63,945 nucleotides of DNA. Source: Rectinemataceae bacterium (GTDB lineage Bacteria; Spirochaetota; Spirochaetia; Treponematales; Rectinemataceae). The stretch covers positions 1 through 63,945 of the forward strand of contig DATJQN010000235.1 in NCBI GenBank assembly GCA_035505775.1, in the 5' to 3' direction. The position numbers and the translations under genes were made by a program. Below are positions 26,052 to 34,647 of the stretch, piece after piece. The first letter of the stretch is position 1. Each line of letters starts with the position of its first letter. The notes under the pieces were generated by a model. That model worked only from the letters and a program-made list of their open reading frames with translations, had not been told where the DNA came from and did no database searches.

Positions 26052-26807
26052 ATGATCGAGGCGCTGTACAAGTTCCTGGGATCGGTTGGATACACCGACC
26101 CAATCCATGCTCCCGTCACCCACATGCCGGTGGGGCTCGCCATCGGCGCCTTCATCTTCTTTGTCGTGGCGATCATCTTCAAGCGACAGCAGCTGGTCAT
26201 CACTGCCCGGCACGTCTCCATTCTGGCCCTGCTCTTCGCCTTCCCCACGATCCTCTTCGGCGTGTTCGACTGGATCCACTTCTACCACGGCGTCCTGCTT
26301 CCCGCCATCAAGATCAAGATGGTCCTCGCCGGCTCTCTCGTGGTCCTGCTCGGGATAGGGGTGATTCTCGGCAGCGAGGTCAAGCTCCACTCCCTGTGGA
26401 TGACCATCATCTACGCCCTCTGCGTCGGCATGGTCGTGGCACTCGGCTGGTTTGGTGCCGGCCTCATCTACGGTCGTGGCGCTGCCGCCGCAGCTTCTGC
26501 CCCAGCCCCCGCCCCTGCCCAGAGCAGCGCCGCCAAGCCGGCGGTTGCGGGGGACGTCAAGGCGGGGCAGGCGCTCTTTGCCGACAACTGTCAGGCCTGT
26601 CACAGCAACGGGCAGAATGTCATCGTCCCCGAGTTGCCCATCCGTGGATCCAAGAGACTCGCCACGCTGACTGGATTTGTTGCCTTCATCCGCTCGCCGT
26701 CGATGCCGGACGGCTCGGCCGGGCAGATGCCACCCTTCCCCGCCGACACGATCAGTGACGCCCAGGCCACGGATCTCTATGCCTACGTGACCACGGCCTG
26801 GAAATGA
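26052..26807 (+). CDS. DUF2231-like four-TM domain fused to a C-terminal monoheme cytochrome c
   Basis: His-rich TM domain (PIHAPVTHMPVG, WIHFYHG), Ala/Pro linker, then CQACH heme-binding motif with a distal Met region (MPDGSAGQMPPF). Confidence 0.75.
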   Translation: MIEALYKFLGSVGYTDPIHAPVTHMPVGLAIGAFIFFVVAIIFKRQQLVITARHVSILALLFAFPTILFGVFDWIHFYHGVLLPAIKIKMVLAGSLVVLLGIGVILGSEVKLHSLWMTIIYALCVGMVVALGWFGAGLIYGRGAAAAASAPAPAPAQSSAAKPAVAGDVKAGQALFADNCQACHSNGQNVIVPELPIRGSKRLATLTGFVAFIRSPSMPDGSAGQMPPFPADTISDAQATDLYAYVTTAWK

Positions 26808-27550
26808 AAACTGCAGCTGCTCCGGGCCGCCGCGGGCTCACGGCGGCTCTGCTTGTCGCGCTGGCGGTCTGCTCCGGATCGGCTCTGTCCGCGGGCGGGA
26901 CTCCATCCGCTCCGGCGGGGCTGCCCCTGGACCTTCAGCTGAGGGACGAGGCAGGATCGAGTCTGCGGCTCGGGGATCTCCTTGATGTCCCGACCATTCT
27001 CTCTTCAGTGAATTCTGCCTCCGACGTCGAGGGCTACGCCCTGCAGACCCTGTTGGCCTCGGCGCTCGGGGCCGTTCGCCTCCCTGCCGGCAGCGCCTAC
27101 CGGGTCGTCACCGTGGACAGAAATCCGCGTGCCGACGCCGCCGAGCTGAGGACGCTGAAGAATTCGGCGCTCGCTTCCGTGGGTGCGCCCTTCCCCGCAT
27201 CGGCCTGGCTCAGCCTTGGGCTGGCTCCGGGGGCGACTGCCGGTGACGCCGACTCGAACACCGTGGCCGTGCTCGCACCGGGCGGACGGGTCGTGCGCAT
27301 TCTCCATGGACCGGTCATCCTGCCCCTCGACCTTGGCCTCGCCCTGCTTTCGGCGTCCCCGAATCCGTTGAAGCGCGCGAGCGCGTCGGTGCTGAGGTTC
27401 TGCCTCGTCTTTGACCGGGTCAATCAGCATTATGCCCTCAACATCCTGCGCTTGAGCGGGATCGTGATCTTGGTGCTCGCGGGAGTCATCGCTCTGTATC
27501 TCATCCTTTCGGGTGGGCGACGGCGCAAGCGGGCCGGAGCGGGAGTCTGA
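26804..27550 (+). CDS. SCO-like paralogue lacking the CxxxC and His copper ligands
   Basis: Collinear by eye with the 7542 protein (PLDL.(L/F)RDE.G, YRVVTV, LRFC(L/F), C-terminal TM plus RRRKR). Has SSVNSASDVEG where the intact copy has YYNCPNVCDLL. ATGA overlap with the upstream gene. Confidence 0.6.
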   Translation: MKTAAAPGRRGLTAALLVALAVCSGSALSAGGTPSAPAGLPLDLQLRDEAGSSLRLGDLLDVPTILSSVNSASDVEGYALQTLLASALGAVRLPAGSAYRVVTVDRNPRADAAELRTLKNSALASVGAPFPASAWLSLGLAPGATAGDADSNTVAVLAPGGRVVRILHGPVILPLDLGLALLSASPNPLKRASASVLRFCLVFDRVNQHYALNILRLSGIVILVLAGVIALYLILSGGRRRKRAGAGV

Positions 27551-27552
27551 CG

Positions 27553-29190
27553 ATGAGCGAAACAGCAAGCCGAGGCTTCGACGACGGGGGCCCCTTCTAT
27601 TCCGCCACCATGAAGCATCCGGGCATCTGGGGCTGGCTCACTTCGACGAACCACAAGCGGATCGGGATGCTCTACCTTGCCCTGATCGGCACCTTCTTCT
27701 CGTCGGCCATGGTGCTCGGCGTGATCATGAGGATAGCGCTGTTCTCGCCCGGCATGCACTTCCTGAGCGCGCAGACCTACAACAGCCTCTTTACGCTGCA
27801 CGGCATCATCATGATCTTCCTCGTGGTGATACCCATCATCCCGACCATCTTCGGGAACTTCGCCCTGCCCATGCTGATCGGCGCGAACGACATGGCCTTT
27901 CCAAGGCTGAACCTCTTCACCTGGTATCTCTACCTCGCGGGCGCCGTGCTGGCCTTCATCTCGGTCTTCACGAACGGCGGAGCTCCCGATACCGGCTGGA
28001 CCTTCTACGTCCCCTTCAGCCTCAAGACATCGGTCAACGTGCCCCTCGCCACCTTTGCGGTCTTTGTGCTCGGCATGTCCTCGATCCTCACGGGCATCAA
28101 CATAGTGACCACCGTGCATCAGCTCCGCGCCCCCGGCATGACGTTCTTCAAAATGCCGCTCTCCGTCTGGGGGCTCTACTCCACCGCCTGGGTCCAGATC
28201 CTGGCCACGCCGATCATCGGCATCACCATGCTGCTCATACTGGTGGAACGCATCTTCGGGATCGGGGTGTTCGACCCGACCAAGGGAGGCGATCCCCTTC
28301 TCTATCAGCATCTGTTCTGGATCTACTCGCACCCTGCGGTCTACATCATGATCCTGCCGGCGATGGGGGTCATCTCCGACCTCTTCCCGGTCTTCTCGCA
28401 CAAGAACGTGTTCGGCTACAAGATGATCGCCTTCTCCAGCCTTGCGATCGCGAGCGTCGGCTCCCTCGTCTGGGGTCATCACATGTATGTGTCGGGACAG
28501 AGCGACACTGCGGGAATCATCTTCTCGTTCCTCACCTTCCTGGTGGCTGTTCCGAGCGCCATCAAGGTCTTCAACTGGCTGGCGACCATGTACAAGGGCT
28601 CGATCCGGGTCGAGCCTCCATTCCTGTTCGCCCTCACCTTTGTCTTCCTTTTCACGATCGGCGGACTGACGGGCCTGTTCATCGGCGCCCTCGCCGTGGA
28701 TGTCCAGCTCCACGACACCTACTTCATCGTCGGGCACTTCCACTACATCATCTTCGGCGGAACCGGCTTCGGAGCCTTTGCCGCCCTGCACTACTGGTTC
28801 CCCAAGATGACCGGCCGCATGCCCGCCAAGCGCCCGGCCATCCTCGGCTGGTTCATCTCCTTCGTGGGATTCAACCTCTTCTACTTCCCCTTCCTCATCA
28901 TGGGCTGGATGGGAATGCCCCGCCGCTACGCCGACTACCTTCCCAAGTTCACGGGCCTCCAGCGCTTCGCGAGCATCGGCGCGTATATAATGGTCGTGGG
29001 CTTGGTGATCATCATCGGCAATCTCCTCCGGAGCAGGCGACACGGCGAGATTGCGCCGGCCAATCCCTGGGGCGGAGCGACGCTCGAGTGGAGTCTCCCG
29101 TCGCCGGCGCCCCTGGAGAACTGGGAGGAGCCGCCCGAGGTGACCCGCGGACCCTACGAGTTCACGGACCCTGAGGAGGGCACGCGATGA
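27553..29190 (+). CDS. ctaD: cytochrome c oxidase subunit I
   Basis: Heme-copper oxidase subunit I signatures (WFFGHPEVY-type region FWIYSHPAVYIMILP; HHMYV; GHFHY). 12-TM length. Confidence 0.95.
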   Translation: MSETASRGFDDGGPFYSATMKHPGIWGWLTSTNHKRIGMLYLALIGTFFSSAMVLGVIMRIALFSPGMHFLSAQTYNSLFTLHGIIMIFLVVIPIIPTIFGNFALPMLIGANDMAFPRLNLFTWYLYLAGAVLAFISVFTNGGAPDTGWTFYVPFSLKTSVNVPLATFAVFVLGMSSILTGINIVTTVHQLRAPGMTFFKMPLSVWGLYSTAWVQILATPIIGITMLLILVERIFGIGVFDPTKGGDPLLYQHLFWIYSHPAVYIMILPAMGVISDLFPVFSHKNVFGYKMIAFSSLAIASVGSLVWGHHMYVSGQSDTAGIIFSFLTFLVAVPSAIKVFNWLATMYKGSIRVEPPFLFALTFVFLFTIGGLTGLFIGALAVDVQLHDTYFIVGHFHYIIFGGTGFGAFAALHYWFPKMTGRMPAKRPAILGWFISFVGFNLFYFPFLIMGWMGMPRRYADYLPKFTGLQRFASIGAYIMVVGLVIIIGNLLRSRRHGEIAPANPWGGATLEWSLPSPAPLENWEEPPEVTRGPYEFTDPEEGTR

Positions 29191-29816
29191 GCGACACCCA
29201 CGCCTCGACCGGAGCGTCGCCCGAATCGCTGCGCTTCCAGGAGGAGCGGGGCAAGGTGGGCATGTGGCTCTTCATATGCACGGAAGTGCTGCTGTTCGGC
29301 GGCCTCTTCCTCCTGTATTCGGTATACCGTTACAAGCACCATGTGGACTTCCACGCGGCCTCTTCCGATCTATCCCGCTTCGCGGGCACGCTGAACACCA
29401 TCGTGCTGATCACGAGTTCGCTCACCGCCGCTCTCGCCGTGCATGCACTCGGCGAAGGCGCCGTGGACAGGGCGAAGCTGTTCCTCCGGGTGACGATCCT
29501 CTTCGGCCTCACCTTCCTGGTGGTCAAAAGTTTCGAGTGGGGGGCCAAGTTCGAGCACGGACTCTATCCCAACGCGCCGGTGCTTCTCGGGATGCCCAAG
29601 GGGCAGATTCTCTTCTTTGGCCTGTATTTTTCGATGACGGGGCTCCATGCCGTTCACGTCATCGTGGGTATGTCGATCTTCGGATGGGTGCTCGGGCACC
29701 TCGGAAGCACCGTCACCCCGTCCAAGCCGGTGGTGCTCGAGAACGCGACGCTGTTCTGGCACCTTGTCGATGTCATCTGGATCTTCCTCTTCCCGCTCTT
29801 CTACCTGATTTCGTGA
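29187..29816 (+). CDS. ctaE: cytochrome c oxidase subunit III
   Basis: COX3-like helices (GLYFSMTGLHAVHVIVG; FWHLVDVIWIFLFPLFYL). ATGA overlap with ctaD. Confidence 0.9.
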   Translation: MSDTHASTGASPESLRFQEERGKVGMWLFICTEVLLFGGLFLLYSVYRYKHHVDFHAASSDLSRFAGTLNTIVLITSSLTAALAVHALGEGAVDRAKLFLRVTILFGLTFLVVKSFEWGAKFEHGLYPNAPVLLGMPKGQILFFGLYFSMTGLHAVHVIVGMSIFGWVLGHLGSTVTPSKPVVLENATLFWHLVDVIWIFLFPLFYLIS

Positions 29817-29849
29817 GCGGATGATCGTCGGAAAGCGAAGGAGAAGAAC

Positions 29850-30152
29850 GTGAGCCAGAGCGAGGGGAAGACAACGAGCGCCGCGCATCCGGGAAACAGG
29901 AGCTATCTCACCGTATGGGGCGCTCTCGTGCTGCTGACAGCCCTGACGGTCACCATGGCGAGCCTCGATCTGGGCGCGCTTGCGATCGCGGCGGTGCTCA
30001 CCATCGCCGCAGTCAAGTCGTCGCTCGTGCTGTTCTATTTCATGCATCTGCGTTACGAGCGACGGCTCCTCATCAGGCTGCTGATGCCCATCGTGCTCGC
30101 GACGCTGGCCATTTTCATCGGCCTGACCTACACGGATATCCTGTACAGGTGA
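29850..30152 (+). CDS. prokaryotic cytochrome c oxidase subunit IV family protein
   Basis: YLTVWGALVLLTALTV...AAVKSSLVLFYFMHL pattern of the COX4_pro family. GTG start. Confidence 0.75.
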   Translation: MSQSEGKTTSAAHPGNRSYLTVWGALVLLTALTVTMASLDLGALAIAAVLTIAAVKSSLVLFYFMHLRYERRLLIRLLMPIVLATLAIFIGLTYTDILYR

Positions 30153-30164
30153 AGGAGGGAAGCC

Positions 30165-31085
30165 ATGACTGGCTCGACGATCGGAGTCGTTAACGAGGCC
30201 TTCTACTTCATCGCCGCCTTCTCGTTCCTTCTCCTCTTCGGCATCGTCTTTCTCATGGTCTATTTCCTCGTGCGCTACCGGCAATCGAGGAATCCGGTGG
30301 CAACGGAGATACACGGCAACGCCTGGCTCGAGGCGCTCTGGGTCGTGCTGCCGACCCTCCTCGCGCTCGCCATGTTCGGCTACGGCCTGACCGGCTACAG
30401 GTTCCTGCGCAGCCCCCCCGCGGGGGCGCTGGAAGTGACGGTCCACTCCCGCCAGTGGTCCTGGCTCTTCGAATACCCCAACGGCTCGCGGAGTCCGGAC
30501 CTCGTGGTGCCGGAAGGGCGCGATGTGCGACTGACTCTTACGTCCGACGACGTCATCCACGCCTTCTACGTCCCCGCCTTCCGGATCCAGGTGGACACCG
30601 TGCCGGGAATGAAGACCCAGGCCTGGTTCCACGGTGGCAGCGTCGGAAGCTATGACATTCTCTGCGCCCAGTACTGCGGACAGGGGCATTCCGCGATGCT
30701 GGCCAAGCTGTACGTGGTTCCCGCGGAGGACTACAGCCGATGGTACGGCGGCGGGATCGTGGAGCTGGCCGGCACGAAGCTCCCCTCGGCCCACGCCACG
30801 GGGGTGGATCTTCTCACGCAGCGGGGCTGTCTCTCCTGCCATTCGCTCGACGGCACGAAAAAGGTCGGCCCGACCTTCAAGGGTCTTTTCGGCTCACGGG
30901 TCGAAGTCTACACCAACGGAGTGGAGCGCGAACTCGTGGCCGATGAGTCATATATCCGCAGCTCGATTCTCGATCCCGGCGCCGATATAGTCGACGGCTA
31001 TTCGAACATCATGCCGACTGGCGCGGGTCAGCTCTCCGATGCCGAGCTCGACGACATCGTCGGCACCCTCAAGACCCTGAAGTAG
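30165..31085 (+). CDS. ctaC: cytochrome c oxidase subunit II with a fused C-terminal cytochrome c (caa3 type)
   Basis: Two N-terminal TM segments, CuA site (HAFYVP...CAQYCGQGHSAM), and C-terminal CLSCH heme c motif. Confidence 0.9.
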   Translation: MTGSTIGVVNEAFYFIAAFSFLLLFGIVFLMVYFLVRYRQSRNPVATEIHGNAWLEALWVVLPTLLALAMFGYGLTGYRFLRSPPAGALEVTVHSRQWSWLFEYPNGSRSPDLVVPEGRDVRLTLTSDDVIHAFYVPAFRIQVDTVPGMKTQAWFHGGSVGSYDILCAQYCGQGHSAMLAKLYVVPAEDYSRWYGGGIVELAGTKLPSAHATGVDLLTQRGCLSCHSLDGTKKVGPTFKGLFGSRVEVYTNGVERELVADESYIRSSILDPGADIVDGYSNIMPTGAGQLSDAELDDIVGTLKTLK

Positions 31086-31156
31086 AGGCGGCCGAACCGC
31101 CGACTGCATGGTTCGACGGGGCCGCGCTTTGGTCAGTCGCCGTGCGGAGGCGGATC

Positions 31157-31951
31157 CTAGCCGAGCCTGATCGCGACGGCCTCGTACTCCTTGCGGTCCC
31201 CGGCGAAGATCGATTCGGAGAGGACCGCTATCCGGTAGTCCGGAAGGTCGAACTCCCGGGAGAGCGCGATGCGCGAGCCGAGGTCGGGCATCTTCTCCAG
31301 GCTTTCGGCCAGCGAGGGGTCGCTGCTGAGGACCACGGCCCCGGCCTTCCAGGTGACGAGGCGGAAGGGGAGGAAGTGCGCCCCCGAGGCGATGACCATG
31401 GGCGGAGCGCCGGCCGCCTGCGTGGCCGCGATCGCCTGGCGGGCCTCGAGCTTGATCATCCGCGCCTTCGGCTCGGGCATCGTTTCGTTGATGGCGAGTC
31501 CCACCCAGTCGAGCAGCTTCTCCCGCACCGTGTGGATGTCGGGGAGACTCGATACGGACTCGATCGTGTCCCCCGCGGAGATCGACTTGGCCAGACCCGA
31601 TATCTCCTTGAGATAGGCGTTCCGCTCCGAGTCGGGGACGTAGTACATGACGACCAGGTGGACGGGTTTCCCGTCGGCGGACCCATAGGCAATGCCGTTC
31701 GGTGACCAGCCCACGGCGCAGAGGAGCTCGCCTTCGTTCGGCGTCCGGCAGTGGGGGCAGGCGACGCCGCGGCCGATCGCCGTGTTGGACTGGGCCTCGC
31801 GTTCCATGACGCTCTTCATGAGGTCGTTCTTGGTGCCGATGTCGGGGATGGCCTCGATGAGGTGGGCGAGGAGTTCGAGGGCCTCCTCCTTCGTGCATTC
31901 GGGGAGCTCGATGAGTCTGCCCTCCTCGAGGGCCTCAAGCAGGCTTTTCAT
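31157..31951 (-). CDS. PTS EIIA (fructose/nitrogen, PtsN-like) domain protein with an uncharacterised C-terminal domain of about 110 aa
   Basis: EIIA_2-like N-terminal 150 aa with candidate active-site His in GRGVACPHCRT. The C-terminal half matches nothing I recognise. ATGA overlap with the mgtA stop. Confidence 0.7.
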   Translation of the reverse strand: MKSLLEALEEGRLIELPECTKEEALELLAHLIEAIPDIGTKNDLMKSVMEREAQSNTAIGRGVACPHCRTPNEGELLCAVGWSPNGIAYGSADGKPVHLVVMYYVPDSERNAYLKEISGLAKSISAGDTIESVSSLPDIHTVREKLLDWVGLAINETMPEPKARMIKLEARQAIAATQAAGAPPMVIASGAHFLPFRLVTWKAGAVVLSSDPSLAESLEKMPDLGSRIALSREFDLPDYRIAVLSESIFAGDRKEYEAVAIRLG

Positions 31952-34647
31952 GTTGCCGTACCTCCAGCTTCAGCGGCGCGGGAAAGCGGCCGCGGTATTC
32001 TGGCCTGCCGTCTGGCGAACCAGGTCTTGACAAAGTGTGCCATCACCGAATAGAGCACCAGGAATCCCGCGATCCAAGCCCAGTAGATCGCCGGCAGGGG
32101 CACGAGGCCGAAGAAGGGCGCGACGGGCGTGAAGGGGAGGGCAACGGCGACCGCCATGATGAGGATGGTCATGCTCGTCATGGCCAGGCTCGCCCGGCTT
32201 TGGAAGAAGGGAACTTTGTTCGTCCGGATGATATGCACGATGAGTGTCTGCGTCAGCAGGGACTCGACGAACCAGCCCGTGTGAAACAGGGCCTCCAGGT
32301 GGAGTTTCCCCGCCGCCGTGGCCCCGGCCGCGAGGAAGCCCGAGCAGCCGAAGAACCACCACATGAGGGCGAAGGTCGCGTAGTCGAATATGGACGATAT
32401 GGGGCCGATGAACATCATGAAGCGCCGCAGGTAGGAAATGTCCAGGCTCTGCGGCCTCTGGACTGACTCGACGTCCACGTTGTCCAGGGGAATCCCAGTC
32501 TGTGATACGTCATAGAGGAGATTGTTGAGCAGGATCTGGACGGGCGTCATGGGGAGGAAGGGAAGAAGGATCGAGCTTCCGAGCATCGAGAACATGTTCC
32601 CGAAATTGGAGCTCGCTCCCATCTTGATGTACTTGATGATGTTGTTGAAGACGCGCCGGCCCTCGACGATCCCGTCCTCGAGCACCAGCAGGTTCTTCTC
32701 GAGCAGGATGATGTCCGCCGATTCCTTGGCGACGTCCACCGCGGTGTCCACGGAGATGCCGACATCAGCGGCGCGCATCGCGGCAGCGTCGTTTATTCCG
32801 TCGCCCATGAAGCCGACGACATGCCCCCCGAAGCGCAGCGCGCGGACAATCTGTTCCTTCTGCGCGGGAGTGAGCCGGGCGAAGACGTCGTGGTCCGCGA
32901 CGGCCACCGCGAAGTCCGCGGGCGACATCGCCTCGAGCTCCCGGCCCGTAATGACCTTTTCGGCCCTGAACCCGACATCCTCGCAGACCTTGGCGGTGAC
33001 AAGCTCGTTGTCGCCGGTGAGGACCTTGACCTTGACGCCATGACGGTCGAGCGAGGCGATGGCCTTCTCGGTGGAGTCCTTGGGCGGGTCGAAGAAGGCG
33101 AGATAGCCGAGCATCGTGAGTCCGGCCTCGTCGGCCGCCGCGAAACTCTCCTTGTCCGAGGCGTACTCGCGATAGGCGATCGCAAGCACCCGGTAGCCCT
33201 GCGAGGAGAGGCTGGCATACTCCTCGAGGATGTCCTGCTTCACGATCTCGATGAGCGGGAAGACGTCCTCGTCTATCTGGTACTTGTCGCAGGCCTCGAA
33301 GATCGCCTCGACGGAGCCCTTGCAGATGAGGACGTGGTCGCCCTCGTAGTCCACGATGACGGACATGCGCTTGCGGTTGAAGTCGAAGGGAATTTCATCA
33401 ACCTTGCGCAGACTCCGCTCCACGTCCAGGTCCTCGTTCGAGAGAATCGAATTGTCCAGCAGGTTGCGCAGGCCGGTCTGGTAGTAGGAGTTCATCCACG
33501 CGTAGCGCAGCACGTCCTCGCTCGGCCTGTTGGTGACGTCGACATGCTTCTCGAGGACGACCTTGTCCTGGGTGATCGTGCCGGTCTTGTCGGTGCAGAG
33601 GATGTCGATGGCGCCCAGGTTCTGGATGGCCTTCAGCTTCTTGACGATGACCTTCTTGCGCGCCATGAACACCGCTCCCTTGGACAGGCAGACGGTGACG
33701 ATCATCGGCATCATCTCGGGGGTGAGGCCGACCGCGACGGATAGGCCGAAGAGCAGGGCCTCCAGCCAGTCGTGCTTGAGCAGACCCTGCACGAGGAAGA
33801 TGATCGAGATCATGACGAGCATGAACCTGATCATCAGGGCCACGAAGGATTTGACCCCACGGTCGAAATCGGTCGCGCCCTTCGCTCCCGCGAGATCCGC
33901 CGCCACCGAGCCCAGGAAGGTGCGCATGCCGGTGTTGACGACGACGGCGCGCGCGGAGCCGGACAACACCGTCGAGCCCTGGAAACAGGCGCAGTTCATG
34001 GAGAAGATGCCCAGGTTCCCGGCGTCGGCGGCGGGGAACTTCTCCACCGGCATCGACTCGCCGGTGAGAGCGGCCTGGGTCACGAAGAAGTCCTTGGCGG
34101 AAAGGATGCGCATGTCGGCCGGGACAATCGATCCGGCAGCGAGCACGACGATGTCGCCCGGAACCACCTCGCTGATGGGAATCTCGACTTCCTTCCCTTC
34201 GCGCAGCACCACGGAACTGGCCTGCACCATCAGCTTGAGCTTCTCCGCCGCGTCGCTCGAGCGCTGTTCCTGGAAGTAGGATAGGAAGACGCTGATGAAG
34301 ATCATGCCCAGCACTATCGAGCCCGAAGCCATGTCACCGGTGGAGTACGAGACCACGCAGATGAGGAGGAGGATGATGACGAGGGGATCCTTCAATCGAG
34401 TGATGATCTCCCGAACGAAGCCCGCGCGCTTCTCGCCCGCGAGCACGTTGGGGCCGAATTCCCGCTGTCGCTCCTCGACTTCCGCCGCGGAAAGGCCCGA
34501 ACTGCGGCTGTCGGTCAGGGCGAGTGCTTCATCGACTCCGGAAGCGCAGGATTCGCGAAGGCGGCGCTCGTTGGCAGGGTCAATCTTAGCCGAGGCGGGC
34601 GCCGGCCGCGTCGGGGAAGCCGTGAAGAGTCGGGGAAGGGCGGGCAT
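31948..34647 (-). CDS. mgtA: magnesium-translocating P-type ATPase
   Basis: DKTGTIT phosphorylation site, TGES, MGDGINDAAAM hinge, and MgtA-type N-terminus and length. ATG 34647 is preceded by AAAGGA; an in-frame GTG at 34719 is the alternative start. Confidence 0.9.
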   Translation of the reverse strand: MPALPRLFTASPTRPAPASAKIDPANERRLRESCASGVDEALALTDSRSSGLSAAEVEERQREFGPNVLAGEKRAGFVREIITRLKDPLVIILLLICVVSYSTGDMASGSIVLGMIFISVFLSYFQEQRSSDAAEKLKLMVQASSVVLREGKEVEIPISEVVPGDIVVLAAGSIVPADMRILSAKDFFVTQAALTGESMPVEKFPAADAGNLGIFSMNCACFQGSTVLSGSARAVVVNTGMRTFLGSVAADLAGAKGATDFDRGVKSFVALMIRFMLVMISIIFLVQGLLKHDWLEALLFGLSVAVGLTPEMMPMIVTVCLSKGAVFMARKKVIVKKLKAIQNLGAIDILCTDKTGTITQDKVVLEKHVDVTNRPSEDVLRYAWMNSYYQTGLRNLLDNSILSNEDLDVERSLRKVDEIPFDFNRKRMSVIVDYEGDHVLICKGSVEAIFEACDKYQIDEDVFPLIEIVKQDILEEYASLSSQGYRVLAIAYREYASDKESFAAADEAGLTMLGYLAFFDPPKDSTEKAIASLDRHGVKVKVLTGDNELVTAKVCEDVGFRAEKVITGRELEAMSPADFAVAVADHDVFARLTPAQKEQIVRALRFGGHVVGFMGDGINDAAAMRAADVGISVDTAVDVAKESADIILLEKNLLVLEDGIVEGRRVFNNIIKYIKMGASSNFGNMFSMLGSSILLPFLPMTPVQILLNNLLYDVSQTGIPLDNVDVESVQRPQSLDISYLRRFMMFIGPISSIFDYATFALMWWFFGCSGFLAAGATAAGKLHLEALFHTGWFVESLLTQTLIVHIIRTNKVPFFQSRASLAMTSMTILIMAVAVALPFTPVAPFFGLVPLPAIYWAWIAGFLVLYSVMAHFVKTWFARRQARIPRPLSRAAEAGGTAT

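Noticed and set aside
27513-29174. 553-aa same-strand alternative-frame ORF overlapping cytochrome oxidase subunit I
   Set aside because: The +1 frame at 27553-29190 carries unmistakable CoxI motifs. The alternative frame is Arg/Pro/His-rich nonsense.
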